NCBI GenBank assembly: GCA_002269645.1
Contig: NIVC01003575.1
Coordinates: 1 to 64,000 of the forward strand
Origin: Macrostomum lignano
Taxonomy: Eukaryota
Length of the DNA: 64,000 nt
Direction: 5' to 3'
Below are positions 20,201 through 33,892 of this stretch, one piece after another (the stretch's first letter is position 1; the number at the start of each line of letters is the position of its first letter). The notes under the pieces were generated by a model, which did no database searches, was not told where the DNA came from, and was given only the letters and a program-made list of their open reading frames with translations. Position numbers and translations under genes: made by a program.

Positions 20201-23200
20201 TCGATGCAAGGCAGTAATCAATAACCTAATGCAAATACATACTGTACCAAGATCATATAGTGAGTGCTGCCTATTTAATTTATGCAGCAGTCGATTGGAT
20301 GCAGAGGGACAGAACAGACGGATAGTGCCGCCCTTCAGCTCCCGTCTGTTAGCCTGCGAACGTTAAATCCATCCAAACTGAATAATTTATGAGCGATGAA
20401 TCCTTTGTTATCGGGAACTGCTCGGTTGTCTGTCGGATCTAGCAATAGGGGTTGGGTGGAAGCAATCTCTCCTGGGATTACTTCCGCTCCATAACAATAT
20501 AAACGTCTGGGAAATTCTCCATTTTCCTTGGCCCCGCTTCCGACGCCCTGAAATATACAGACTCGCGTCCGTGCATTAATGGGATGACCGCTTGGATACT
20601 CAGTTCTCCCCGATGGGATAACAAAACAGCTGCAAAATGATGAGGCGGTGGCCATGCAGCTTCAAGTGTTTTTAGACACTCTGGACTATCTAAACTGGAA
20701 GCAGATCCGAATAGCATCTTACACGTACCAGTTTACACACAGAAGATGGTCAAAAACTAATTCCATTCCATAGATAGCACATCTATAAATTGTTGAAAAG
20801 TTTTTAAAAAGTTGAGCTTTTCATTTTCAAAATGAGACCAAACATGACTAGACTTGGCAAATAACAGAACAGTTAATTGCATTTCAACTTTTCGAAGTTC
20901 GTTTCGCAAGTTATCAGTTTTTTCAACTTTCTAATATTTTCTGCATTGTAAAAAAGAATGATTTCAGCTTTAAACTCGTTGATATTTCAGTGACTTGAAG
21001 AGAATTTATTCAGCTTTAAAATGCATCCTCAATTTTACAAATCGGATGTATTGTTTAAAATTTATTCAGCAATTTGTAAAGATACTCCAGCTGTATTGAC
21101 TATCTCCTGTGTGTAAACTGAGCATTTAAGTACCTTCAGGTTTCCACCATGAAACTATTTTTGTTTTGACGCTCTGAAAAAGCAGCAAAGCAAAAAAAGA
21201 GAACTGTGGATGAATAAATGCGACAAAATCAACACCTCTAGGCGATGCCGCTGCCGACTCAACTGGAGTATCGGCCGCCGCTGTTCCACCGATGCCGTCG
21301 GGTGGCGGTGCGGTGCCCTCAGTTTATTCTATCAATTGTTTTGGCACTCCTGTCTATTATTCGTCTATATTATACTCATGCATTGATTATGCATTCACCA
21401 GGCGTAAAAAACTGTTTTAGTTTGGATGCACTGTTGATTGTTAATAATTGGGAAAGGCTCGCTCCGCAGCGAGGTCTGAATTCTTGGCATTGATTGTTGA
21501 GATGAAGTGGCGGTCTGATGGACACGTGAAAAAAGGATTGAAAAACAAAAGAAGAAAAGAAAGAGGGGACTTATGAGAAGGAGGGTGAGGGAAAATACAG
21601 AGAGGGGAAATAATAAATAGGTGTGACAGAGCGGGCAGAGATGAAGCAGAGGATAAAGTGACAGAGGGGGGGCAGAGATGGAGCAGAGGAGGGCGTGACA
21701 GAGGGGTCAGAGATAGAGCAGAGGAGAGTGACAGAGGGGGCAGAGATGGAGCAGAGGAGAGTGTGACAGAGGGGGCAGAGATGGAGCAGAGGAGAGAGTG
21801 ACAGAGGGGGCAGAGATGGGGCAGAGGAGGGCGTGACAGAGGGGTCAGAGATAGAGCAGAGGAGAGAGTGACAGAGGGGGCAGAGATGGAGCAGAGGAGA
21901 GTGTGACAGAGGGGGCAGAGATGGAGCAGAGGAGAGAGTGACAGAGGGGGCAGAGATGGGGCAGAGGATAAAGTGACAGGGGGCAGAGATGGAGCAGAGG
22001 AGAGTGTGACAGAGGGGGCAGAGATGGAGCAGAGGAGAGAGTGACAGAGGGGGCAGAGATGGGGCAGAGGATAAAGTGACAGGGGGCAGAGATGGAGCAG
22101 AGGAGAGTGTGACAGAGGGGGCAGAGATGGGGCAGAGGAGAGAGTGACAGAGGGGGCAGAGATGGGGCAGAGGATAAAGTGACAGGGGGCAGAGATGGGG
22201 TAGAGGAGAGAGTGACAGAGGGGCAAAGATGGGGCAGAGGAGAGAGTGACAGAGGAGGCAGATATGGAGCAGAGGAGAGAGTGACAGAGGGGGCAGAGAT
22301 AGAGCAGAGGAGAGTGTGACAGAGGGGGGGGGCAAAGATGGGGCAGAGGAGAGTGTGACAGAGGAGGCAGATATGGAGCTGGATGGCATAGCGCCTTACC
22401 TTGGCGCTGGAAGCATGACACGTCAGTACATGACATGATGTGACACTCGTAACTAACTAATTCCTTATTTTTCTTAATATCATTCCGTCTTGAATGGGCG
22501 GACGTTGCGCATTCAATTCAAGCATTTTTATCGTTCATGCATGATTGCACGCTGGCACGAACCCCCTCCCTTTGAGTCATATAGCCATACATGCACTCAA
22601 CGAATATTTATTAGTTTGAAGCGTCTTTCTCATCTAGAGAAGACAATTAATTTCAATTTTATATTTAGCATACTGCGCTGCAGCGGTTTTCGTTGACGAT
22701 TTTTCCTCTTTTTAACAAAAAGAAACCTCATTGTTGTGAATTTTGCGTCCGGTTCTGCAGTGCTTTCGGCCGTCTATCAAAACCTGTGCCGGGGGGGGGG
22801 GTGCTTCTCTATTCAACTTCTACCCGGCCTTCCCTTCAGCCGGGGTTCTCTCTCAGTTCTTCTCGGGCGGCCCCGGCCAAACTGCAGACACTGCGGACAA
22901 GCCGTCTTGGTTGAAGGGCTGCTGGGGCTGAGCGGAGGCCTCTAGAGAGGGGAAGTTAGCGAGGAGAGAGCGATGGGGAGAAGAGTTTGAGGGGTGGGGG
23001 AGAGGATCGGTCGGGATCCTCTGTGCAAGAGTACATTCTTCATCTGGGCGGCCTCCCCTTGCCCTGCCCTCGGCGAGCCTTAGTCGTTGACTCAATTTCT
23101 CCCCTCTTGCCTGCACTGGATTTCTTCTCCTGCCGCCTAAGCAGACCAACTTCACCAGGTCTCTCTCCTCCTCTCTCTCTCTCTCTCTAGTTACTCTCCA

Positions 23201-24379
23201 CCAGCCCTGTTCTCCCTGTCACCGCCCTGAGACACGCATGCGCTGTCCCGGGCTACCCACCTTCCCACGCCTCATCTCTCCCATCCTCTCTCCTGCTCAG
23301 CTCTCTCTCAGCCTCTGCATGCCCGGTACCTTCCCTATGGATTAGCCTTGCCGACACAGACATGCACCGGCTCAAGCCCGTGTGCACCGCCTCACTTTTT
23401 ACTACAATATTAAAAAAGTCGATTTCTAATTACAAATCAACTTATCTCTAAAAATAGGCATTTGCTTTTGTAATAGGAGATTGTTGGTACAAATTTTTTC
23501 ACAACTCTTTTCCTGCCCACTGGGAGCAGTCATTGGAAGAATTTAGAAGTGGCGAACTTACCCAAAATTGGAATAGATTATAAACGATGCATCACGAATA
23601 ATTTTTTTAATTCGATGTTCGATATTTACTAAACGTCCCAAACTAGACTAGCACAATCTATTTATCTTTTTCTCTTGCGGATCAGATCCGCCCAAAGTTC
23701 TGCTTCTAGGGAAGCTAGCAGCCCAGACAGTGATAGATGAACCCCAGTTCACGAATCACGAATCTAAGCGTTCAACGCAACATTAATCAGACACGGCCTT
23801 CTATAACAATATCAGCAGCAACAACAACAACAAGCGCTTCTGCTCGAGTCGCTCAAGCGCAAGCTGACGCAGGTGGAGAGCCATGCCGACGTGGTCCTGC
23901 AGTGGATCCCAGGTCATTCTGGGACTCCTGGCAACGAGAGAGCCGACACCGAGGCAAAGAACGCCTGTCTGCTCCCCCAGGATCTCCTAGGGATCGACAT
24001 CGAGGCCGCCCGAAGCCGTATACGCCGTCTCATCAACTATAAGCCTCTCCTGAATGACCGGCTGAGGAGGGTCTACAGCAAGACCCCCTCGATGCCTGCT
24101 CGACCTCGCGCGCTGCAGGTTTCCATAGCTCAAATGCGTGCCGGTCACGATCCCTCTACGGCGTACTATCAGCACCGAATAGGCACTAGGGAGGATAGCA
24201 GATGCCTCCGGTGCGACCTCTTAGAAGACAAGGACCACTTCCTCGAATGTCCGGCCCTGGCCGGAGCTCGGCACGCGACGGACCTACACCAACTGGAGGA
24301 CTTGGCCGATGGCGATCTGGTGGCTAGGTTCTTGGACTGCCTGCATAGGCAGCCCTAGACCACCTTCCGCAAGCAACAT

Positions 24380-24410
<31 letters not shown>

Positions 24411-27400
24411 AACAGCAACAACAAAAACAATAACAACAACAAAAACAGCAACAACAGCAACAACAACAACAGCAACAACAGAATACAGCAGGCAGTCGAC
24501 GCAATGCCGAGTGCGCGCCTATCCCCGCCGGTAGGGTGCCTGCAGTGTCAGCCAAGGATTGCCAAGGATCGGAGAGAGACTACTGCCTGGTCAATACACA
24601 GAAGCACAGAATCTAGATAGGAACACAAACTGTCAAGCCATGGCGATCCAGAATATTGGATATGTGAATTGAGACCGCTATAGGTCAAGTTATGGAGTTC
24701 TAGATCTACGAGTATCTGGAGATGTGAGAGTAGGAGATCTAGAACTTCATGGGTTTGGATTGGAGGGGGGGGGCTCGCTCAGATCCCCTTATTCGATCAG
24801 TGCACGCTTCTCAGCTCCTTTTCATCCCGTTCGCGGTCTGGCCTGGACTCGACCACACAGACGGAGGGGGGAGGGGCAGAGAGGCAGGCGGGCAGATAGA
24901 AATACACAGAACTAAATCCCACAGCGCCTCAAGACAGTTGCTAACGCCTACCACCAACAGCAGCTGCGCCCCCCTTCGCCCTCAGGCTCGCCGATCGAAT
25001 TTTTTGTCTATAACTCTCGACTCCGCTCTTGCCTGCCTACCAGCTTGCCGCTTCCAACCTAGCTCATTCCCAATATACCCTCTCCCCTCCCCTTTCCTGC
25101 CGCCGGCTCGCTCCCTTGCAGCAACTCGGGGATTTAATCAGAAAAATAAGAAAATTTCTCCATCCCGAGAATATATTGGGCTTCTATATCAAAGCGATGG
25201 ACCAGAGCCAGCGCCTCTGCTGCTGCGCTGCTTTTTAGTGGTTCCAACAGACATTCGCTTGCCCGTGTTCCCCACTCAGCCAGTAACCAACCAGCCCCCG
25301 AGTCCCAGTTTTGGGATTCGAGTCCGAGGGAGGGTATAGGAAGGAGTAAAAATATTGGCCAGAATTTCCCAACTATTCCGTCGCTGTCTCTCCCAGAGCC
25401 GGGAGCCAGGGAGTGCGAGCTCTTCTCTCTTCTCTCCTCTAGCCAAACCCAATGCGGGGCTCCTTTGGCCGCTTTTCTCTTCGACCTCGATCTGCACAGG
25501 GCCTGCCGCCCTCTCCTCTCTTATACTCTTATTTTGCCTACACTTCCTCTGTCAGGTCTTATTTCTCCTCATCATAGTGGGGGTTAGGGCTCTCCTTAAT
25601 CTGATGCGCTCGCCTTGGCGCTATCGCGACTGTCTCAAGTAACAGAGAGAGAAAGGAGCTCTCTCTCTCTCTCTTTCTCTCTCTCACTCCCTCTTTCTCA
25701 CTCTCTCTCTGCACTCTCTCTACTCTACTCTGCCCTGACGAAGAATTTACTTCGTAAAATATTCGAAACATCAGAAAATTTTAACTAAACTGACTTTTAT
25801 CAGTCCTTTTTACCGAGGGGGTGCCTGAGATTGGAGGTGCCCTCCTCTCTCTCCCTCTCTCTCATTCTTTCTCTCTCTCTGTCTCTCACTTACTCTCTCA
25901 CTCTCCCACTTACATCATGGTTCACTCACACTTTCTCTCCGAGCGCACCGTCCTTAGCTACGCAAATTTCTTCACCATTTCAAGTTCCATCTCCGATTCC
26001 TGACACACCCTGGTGGTGGCATAAGCACGCACACATTCTGACCACTACACAGCTGCTTCTGTGACTACTAGTCAACCCTCAGCAGTCTTAGGGGAGGGCC
26101 GGAGTGAGGGAGAAGGACTCAATCCAAGAGCCGACTTAGGAAGAAAGCTTCACGGACCAGAGGCTGCTGAGCTTCCCCTCCCTAGTTCCTCGCCGCTCCT
26201 CACACTTTCCCCCTCTCCCCCCTCGCTGTTCCGCCCCCTCTCTCCTCTCTGCTAGCTCGGAGCTGCCCTCGCATTTTACCTTGCCGATATGTGCGCAGAT
26301 ACGAGCCCGCGGCAGCTACTCCATAGAGCTTCAATCAATCAATAGGCTCTGGATGCCGCTGTGCCTCCCCCCGATCCTAGCCGACCCCTTTTTCTTCCCC
26401 TTTCCCCCGCTCAAATCTCCCTCTAGTTTCTCCTCTATCCCACCAGCCCTCATATAGGAGCATACAGTAGCCCCCCTTCTCTCACTCTGCTCGTCTGGAG
26501 CGTGTTCTCTCTCCTCAACCTCACTTCCCACTCAACTCCCCCCTATCCACTTCCCCTTCTCTCCCTCCCGCATCAGCATCTCCCACGCTTCTCGCCTTTT
26601 CCTATAGGAGAAAAACTAAATAGCCAAGCTAGTGAGGGAGAACACAGCGGCGGTCCACCCTCCAGTCTGACTGGGGCAAGGGGCCGGCCAAAAAATCCTT
26701 GCTTACTCGTTGCCTGTTTATACGAATCCGGGGTCACTCATGTCTGCTCTTCTATTGTACCCGGCCTGGTTCATGCTTTCAGTTACTTTCAGTTCTTCTC
26801 TTTTTTAGCTTTCTCTTATCTCACCCTCTCCTTCCACTCACTCTTATCTCACCCTCTCCTTCCACTCACTCTTATCTCACTCTCTCCTTCCACTCACTCT
26901 TATCTCACCCTCTCCTTCCACTCACTCTTATCTCACCCTCTCCTTCCACTCACTCTTATCTCACCCTCTCCTTCCACTCACTCTTATCTCACCCTCTCCT
27001 TCCACTCACTCTTATCTCACCCTCTCCTTCCACTCACTCTTATCTCACCCTCTCCTTCCACTCACTCTTATCTCACCCTCTCCTTCCACTCACTCTTATC
27101 TCACTCTCTCCTTCCACTCACTCTTATCTCACTCTCTCCTTCCACTCACTCTTATCTCACCCTCTCCCTCCACTCACTCTTATCTCACCTCTCTATCCTT
27201 CCCCTCACTCTTATCTCACTCTCTCCTTCCACTCACTCTTATCTCACCCTCTCCTTCCACTCACTCTTATCTCACTCTCTCCTTCCACTCACTCTTATCT
27301 CACTCTCTCCTTCCACTCACTCTTATCTCACCCTCTCCTTCCACTCACTCTTATCTCACTCTCTCCTTCCACTCACTCTTATCTCACTCTCTCCTTCCAC

Positions 27401-30400
27401 TCACTCTTATCTCACCCTCTCCCTCCACTCACTCTCATCTCACCTCTCTATCCTTCCCCTCACTCTTATCTCACCTCTCTATCCTTCCCTTCACTCTTAT
27501 CTCACCCTCTCCTTCCACTCACTCTTATCTCACCCTCTCCCTCCACTCACTCTTATCTCACCTCTCTATCCTTCCCCTCACTCTTATCTCACCCTCTCTA
27601 TCCTTCCCCTCACTCCTATCTCACCCTCTCTATCCTTCCCCTCCTTAGAGAGCAAGGATGTCGTCTCTCAGAATGAGCCCCCATCAAATTAATCTTAATC
27701 TTAGAAAGCAGGAAGCAGGAAATTCTTGATGGACCATTTGTTTTCTACTTTTTTATCAATCCTATGGGGTTTATCGAGGCTCCTTACCTATCTTCTCATA
27801 TCCCAGGCCCGGCTGATCCGATTGTCATCCGCTCTCCCTCTCTCTCTTCTCGTTCCGAGACCCGATCTCAGTCGAGAAGATTAATAGATTCTTAATTCAG
27901 TCCCACGGCAGGAGACACCAGATTATCGGATTGCACTGCCGTCCCCTCCAGGCCTGCCGTCTCTATCAACAATTGATTTGGGCCGTGTAGTTATCGGTTT
28001 TGCTTTATTTCAGCTACTGACAGTAGCGCATAAAACATTTTTTATATCAACGAAGCAAATTCCGACATTACTTCTGATTTCTCTCCTTCAGCCCCTCTCT
28101 TATCTCTGATTTCTCTCTCCCAGCCTCTCTTATCTTGATCTCTCTCTCCCAGCCCTCTCTATCTTGATCTCTCTCTTCCAGCCCTCTCTTATCTTTGATC
28201 TCTCTCTCCCAGCCTCTCTTATCTTTGATCTCTCTCTCCCAGCCTCTCTTATCTTTGATCTCTCTCTCCCAGCCTCTCTTATCTCTGATCTCTCTCTCCC
28301 AGCCTCTCTTATCTTTGATCTCTCTCTCCTAGCCTCTCTTATCTTGATCTCTCTCTCCCAGCCTCTCTTATCTTTGATCTCTCTCTCTCCCAGCCTCTCT
28401 TATCTTTGATCTCTCTCTCTCCCAGCCTCTCTTATCTTTGATCTCTCTCTCTCAGCCTCTCTTATCTTTGATCTCTCTCTCTCCCAGCCTCTCTTATCTC
28501 TGATTTTTCTATTCCTGTCTTGTCTCTCTTGTTTTAAAGCTATCTGCGACCTCAAAGCAGCTCTGCACATCTCAGTAGCTCAGGAAGTTCAATTCCCCAT
28601 GAGATCCGATGTTTTGTTGAGGATTTTTCAACTCTTTGGAAAGGAGGACGAGTTGTAATTTCCAAAACCTCGAAGAAGTTCCCTGCCAATCTCACCTGGA
28701 TTGCATACCTGCATTGGACAGGCGCAGTTATACAATTCATGCACGATAATCAATCTGTCATTGCCTGCTGTGCGGATATTTTAATTGATTTTTTACCAGT
28801 TAAACCTTTCACAACAGAAAAAATTCATCTAAGGTTAGGCTGGTTACAATAATGATATAATTGTTAATCCTCGATCCCAGCGTTAAAATGGCATGCCGAC
28901 TTCTGCGCAAGTTTATTTACGCGATTTTTGAATTGCAGACATTTGACTCAAATATCCGCATGAAGCATCCGATTAATGCCATCACCCATCAAATCCCCAT
29001 CCCTCAGCCATAAAAACCCCATCCCTCACCCATCCCCACCCATCAAAACCCCCATCCTGCACCAATCAAAACCCCATCCCTCAGCCATCAAAACCCCATC
29101 CCTCAGCCATCAAAACCCCATCCCTCAGCCATCAAAACCCCATCCCTCAGCCATCAAAACCCCATCCCTCAGCCATCAAAACCCATCCCTCAGCCATCAA
29201 AACCCCATCCCTCAGCCATCAAAACCCCATCCCTCAGCCATCAAATCCCATCCAGCACTAATCAAAACCTGACCCGTCACCCATCAAAGCGTCCTCAACT
29301 ACCCAAATAGTATATTTTCAGTTTTTAGTTTTTTAAATCTATAAAATCCACTACCTTCCAATTCAAACGCAAACCAATGGGTCTTGCTAACCCTAACCCT
29401 CAACATCTCCGCAGATTCCGAGGGCTCGGACGACTGGCTGCGCTCCCAGTTCCGCATGTACCTGCTGTCGGCACTGCTGGCCGCCAAGAGTGGCGAGTCG
29501 GAGGACTGGCAGGACTTCAACGCCTCGTTCATCCGGGCTCTGCAGAAGACCTACCATTTCAAGGTCTGGTCGGCCCACGACCACCGCGGCCTGGCCAGCA
29601 TGGAGAATCCCCAGCACCCCTGCCACGGCCAGTCGGCCATCGGGATGAAGTTCAACCAGCTGCTGACCGGCACGGAGCAGGGCCGCAAAGTGACTAACGC
29701 TGTGCAGTCCACTGGCCGCGTGATCGAGGACACCGGGAAGGCTTTCGGTGGGTTATCGCCAGTCTTCTTGGTGGCTAAGTGTGCGGAATTTGTTAATGTG
29801 TGTGTGCAATGCTGAATTTGTCTCAAAGGTCTCTGATTGGGTCCTAAGGCCCCTGAGTGTGTCCTAAGGCCCCTGAGTGTGTTCTAAGGCCCCTGAGTGT
29901 GTCCTAAGGCCCCTGAGTGTGTCCTAAGGCCCCTGAGTGTGTCCTAAGGCCCTGAGTGTGTCCTAAGGGCCCTGAGTGTGTCCTAAGGCCCCTGAGTGTG
30001 TCCTAAGGCCCCTGAGTATGTTCTAAGGCCCCTGAGTGTGTTCTAAGGCCCCTGAGTGTGTCCTAAGGCCCCTGAGTGTGTCCTAAGGCCCCGAGTGTGT
30101 CCTAAGGGCCCTGAGTGTGTCCTAAGGGCCCTGAGTGTGTCCTAAGGCCCCTGAGTGTGTTCTAAGGCCCCTGAGTGTGTCCTAAGGCCCCTGAGTGTGT
30201 CCTAAGGCCCCGAGTGTGTCCTAAGGGCCCTGAGTGTGTCCTAAGGGCCCTGAGTGTGTCCTAAGGCCCCTGAGTGTGTTCTAAGGGCCCTGAGTGTGTT
30301 CTAAGGGCCCTGAGTGTGTCCTAAGGGCCCTGAGTGTGTCCTAAGGCCCCTGAGTGTGTTCTAAGGGCCCTGAGTGTGTTCTAAGGGCCCTGAGTGTGTC

Positions 30401-31568
30401 CTAAGGCCCCTGAGTGTGTCCTAAGGCCCCGAGTGTGTCCTAAGGGCCCTGAGTGTGTCCTAAGGCCCCTCAGTGTGTCCTAAGGCCCCTGAGTGTGTCC
30501 TAAGGCCCCGAGTGTGTCCTAAGGGCCCTGAGTGTGTCCTAAGGCTCCGAGTGTGTCCTAAGGGCCCTGAGTGTCTTACAGACGTTGAGTGTGGCTTAAA
30601 TGACGCTGAGTGTGTTTCAATGACGCTGAGCGTGTTTCAATGACGCTGAGTGTGTTTCAATGACGCTGAGTGTGTTTCAATGACGCTGAGTGTGTTTCAA
30701 TGACGCGGAGCGTGTTTCAATGACGCTGAGTGTGTTTCAATGACGCTGAGTGTGTTTCAATGACGCGGAGCGTGTTTCAATGACGCTGAGTGTGTTTCAA
30801 TGACGCTGAGTGTGTTTCAATGACGCGGAGCGTGTTTCAATGACGCTGAGTGTGTTTCAATGACGCTGAGCGTGTTTCAATGACGCTGAGTGTGTTTCAA
30901 TGACGCGGAGCGTGTTTCAATGACGCTGAGTGTGTTTCAATGACGCTGAGCGTGTCCTTAATGACGCTGAGTGTGCGTCTTAAATGACACTGAGTGTTTC
31001 GATGACGCTGAGTGTGTTTCAATGACACTGAGTGCGTCTTAAATGATGCTGAGTGTATCTGAAATGATGCTGAGTGCGTCTTAAATGATGCTGAGTGTAT
31101 CTGAAATGATGCTGAGTGCGTCTTAAATGACACTGAGTGTTTCGATGACGCTGAGTGTGTTTCAATGACACTGAGTGCGTCTTAAATGATGCTGAGTGTA
31201 TCTGAAATGATGCTGAGTGCGTCTTAAATGATGCTGAGTGTATCTGAAATGATGCTGAGTGCGTCTTAAATGATGCTGAGTGTTTCGATGACGCTTAGTG
31301 CGTCTTGAATGACTCTGAGTGTGGCTGTGAGGCGCTGAATCCGCTAAGTTTAACAATATTACTGCCAACTGCCAACGCTTTAACCGTCTCTCCTTCCCGC
31401 TATTAAAAACCAGGCGGCGCCATCTTCAACGCTCGCAGCGCCATGTCGGGCTTCTTCACCGGCCTTCAGTCCAAGGCGGCCTCCAGGTTCAGCGGCGGCG
31501 AGGCCGTCCCCGGAGCCGAGGAGGCTGGACAAGCCGGCGGCGAGGCCGACGCTGTCGATCTGAAATGA
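17216..31568 (+). CDS. AVL9: AVL9 late secretory pathway protein (DENN-related), 7 exons
   Basis: join(17216-17296, 17921-18041, 18158-18243, 18346-18785, 18926-19593, 29415-29747, 31414-31568), all GT-AG and phase-compatible; exon 4 may start at 18349 or 18352 (tandem CAG). Motifs: HILTIGFHHKHGSQ, LALPDGAHNYEE, SCYRQI, VTRSSVQKAV, LFKLLMLERRVMF, YGFPLPLF, EGSDDWLRSQF, GAIFNARSAMSGFF. Confidence 0.93.
21605..22370. repeat. GA-rich minisatellite, about 33-35 bp unit (GAGGAGAGTGTGACAGAGGGGGCAGAGATGGAGCA)
   Basis: Tandem periodicity; inside AVL9 intron 5. Confidence 0.9.
23834..24481 (+). mobile_element. 5'-truncated I-group-like LINE 3' end (RNase H C-terminus + CCHC knuckle) with (AAC)n tail
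   Basis: VVLQWIPGHSGTPGNERADTEAK (RNase H), IAQMRAGH, C-x2-C...H...C (CLRCDLLEDKDHFLEC), stop at 24358, (AAC)-rich tail 24374-24481. Confidence 0.85.
26812..27630. repeat. CT-rich minisatellite, 28 bp unit (CTCTTATCTCACCCTCTCCTTCCACTCA)
   Basis: Tandem periodicity. Confidence 0.9.
28075..28505. repeat. Minisatellite, about 30 bp unit (CCAGCCTCTCTTATCTTTGATCTCTCTCTC)
   Basis: Tandem periodicity with variable TC run. Confidence 0.9.
29040..29250. repeat. Minisatellite, 22 bp unit (CCATCAAAACCCCATCCCTCAG)
   Basis: CCATC recurs at 29107, 29129, 29151. Confidence 0.9.
29843..30573. repeat. Minisatellite, 20 bp unit (GTCCTAAGGCCCCTGAGTGT)
   Basis: Tandem periodicity; AVL9 intron 6. Confidence 0.92.
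30595..31320. repeat. Minisatellite, 20 bp unit (TGACGCTGAGTGTGTTTCAA) grading into alternating 21-bp variants
   Basis: Tandem periodicity; AVL9 intron 6. Confidence 0.9.
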
Positions 31569-31904
31569 CCTGCCTTAGCGCAGGTCGAACAAAGACACGA
31601 TATTGACAACAAAGACCATAGAAAAACGAAACAAGTAGACGAAGCGAAACGAGCCGTGCTAGCGTGTACTTCGAAGTACATCGATTGGGGTGACTTTACA
31701 ACTGATAGACTGTCAGTAGTCGCTACTTATCCATACTACCTGCATCACCTATATTATATCCGCTATACTTGTGAGCACCCGGAGCAAAGGCATAGTAACA
31801 ATTATCGTCAACAAGTTACATATATAATCCTTATATATAATAGTCTTTGTTTTCAACAAAATATCGTCGATTACTACTCATATTTAGCATCCATAGTTCT
31901 ACAG

Positions 31905-32175
31905 TGTCTGTCTGGGAAATTCCATAGAACTCTGCAGTGTCTAGGAAATTCCATAGAACTCTGCAGTGTCTAGGAAATTCCATAGAACTCTGCAGTGTCT
32001 GGGAAATTCCATAGAACTCTGCAGTGTCTGGGAAATTCCATAGAACTCTGTAGTGTCTGGGAAATTCCATAGAACTCTGCAGTGTCTGGGAAATTCCATA
32101 GAACTCTGCAGTGTCTGGAAAATTCCATAGAACTCTGCAGTGTCTGGGAAATTCCATAGAACTCTGCAGTGTCTT
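31905..32175. repeat. Minisatellite, 29 bp unit (CTGGGAAATTCCATAGAACTCTGCAGTGT)
   Basis: Tandem periodicity. Confidence 0.9.
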
Positions 32176-33892
32176 GAAAATTCCATGGAGTGTAATCTTC
32201 TCCAGAGAACGGGGAATCCCAAAAAATCTGGGTAAACTACGACATAAATTGCGAAGAACGAATGAAGTTATTCCCATCGGTCATTGCCTGTGCTTATGAA
32301 AATAGTACACATCTAAAATAGTTTTATTTTCTTTGTTTCCTCTATTATATTAACCAGATTATCTGGTTTTCTGTTTCAGTCCTATGCCCCACATTTGTAT
32401 TTGTTTTCCTCCCCGTTATTGCCGATACATTAATCCCATCTTATCTTACAGTAGCATTCATTCTATTTCTATAAAGAACGCGTTTTTAAGCCTAGTTATA
32501 GTTGATTCAAATAGCTCGTACTTAGTCCTTAGAGCTCGTGTCTAAGTTAGTGAATGAGAAGCGGGTGCCGACCATAGCTTAACTGGGCCCCTCATTAGAC
32601 TCCTTCCGAACTCGCAGAATTCATGCATTGTCACGCGCTCGATATACGCTGATGAGCTAATCCAAGGTTGCAATAATCATTTCACAAATTCAATGCTAAA
32701 TATTTATTTATATTTGTTTTAACGTTCCTCAATGCAAATGTCTAGTAGCTATCGTAATTATATGTTAACTCTGGCCCATAAATTATGTTGCTAATCATTA
32801 TTGTTTTTGTCCTCATTGTCCTCGTTGTTGTTCAACTTAGTAAAAAGAATTCTAAATATTATCGGAAAAATCACGAGAGCCCCATCGAAGCAACTTCTAT
32901 GAAGCGCTACGATTGAGAGCCTCTAGCAACAACGTAGAGAGCCTTTGCAACAACGTAGAAAGCCTCTGCAACAACGTAGAGAACCCCCAAAAACAATGTA
33001 GAGCCCCTGTAAAACACAAAACATAATGAGCCTCTGCAGACGTAGAGAGCCTCTAAAAATATAAGAGACCATCTAAAAACAACGTAGATTCGCTTAAAAA
33101 GGTCACAAATTGAGAAACTCCAACAACGATTACAAGAGTAACTTGACATTCGTTTCTCAAAACCTTCCAGCTTATATCCCTCCCCACCCTAACAATGCAT
33201 AATAAACTCGATGCTGTTTATTCCTGTTGTAGCGCCTGTTTGGGTGTTTCTGTGGATCTTGTTTGTTTCGAAAAAAGTGCGTTTTCATCCGTCTCTGGCC
33301 TGGTTATTTTAAGGCCGAGCGGTATCGCGCTGCACCATTAATGCTATTGTTTATTTTAATATTAGCCCGAAAACAGGCACGGGACAACTCATAATCGCGC
33401 GCGCGTCCTCACGTTTTATTTTTTAGTGTTTTAACGTTTGTATTACTTTTAGTAGAAACTGCTAGGGTTTTATCTGACATCTGTCTACTCTCCTCTATAT
33501 CGGTGTTGTGCTAACTAGCAAGTTTTCTTTAGGCGCCTTTTACCTACGCGATACACGCCCAGACATCTGGCGACTCCTCAGAGGCAAGAGTGCTGCAGAA
33601 ATTAAAACAAACTCTGATAATGCAGCCACCTGAGAAGACGCAGCCAGGTGTCTGTCAGCGTCATCCATAATAGTCAGTTCTAGAACAAAGTAAATAAGTA
33701 AAAAAATTCTTAAAGTAAACCTCGCATAAATTTGTTTCCCACATCCATTTTAACCAGCAATATATACACTTATTTTATGGCAAGAAAAATCAATAAAATT
33801 GTGTGAATTCGCCAATTCACTAAACTGTTTTGTTTGTCTCCTTTGTTTACCAGCCTTTTTAATTCCTAAGTATGTTGAAAGAACGAATCTTC

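Noticed and set aside
20335-20717. Minus-strand ORFs in AVL9 intron 5
   Set aside because: No recognisable motif or splice context; cannot be assigned.
29843-31320. CRISPR-like arrays (also 39368-40428, 43050-43720, 51445-51960, 63635-64000)
   Set aside because: Units are head-to-tail with no unique spacers, there are no cas genes, and the context is eukaryotic introns.
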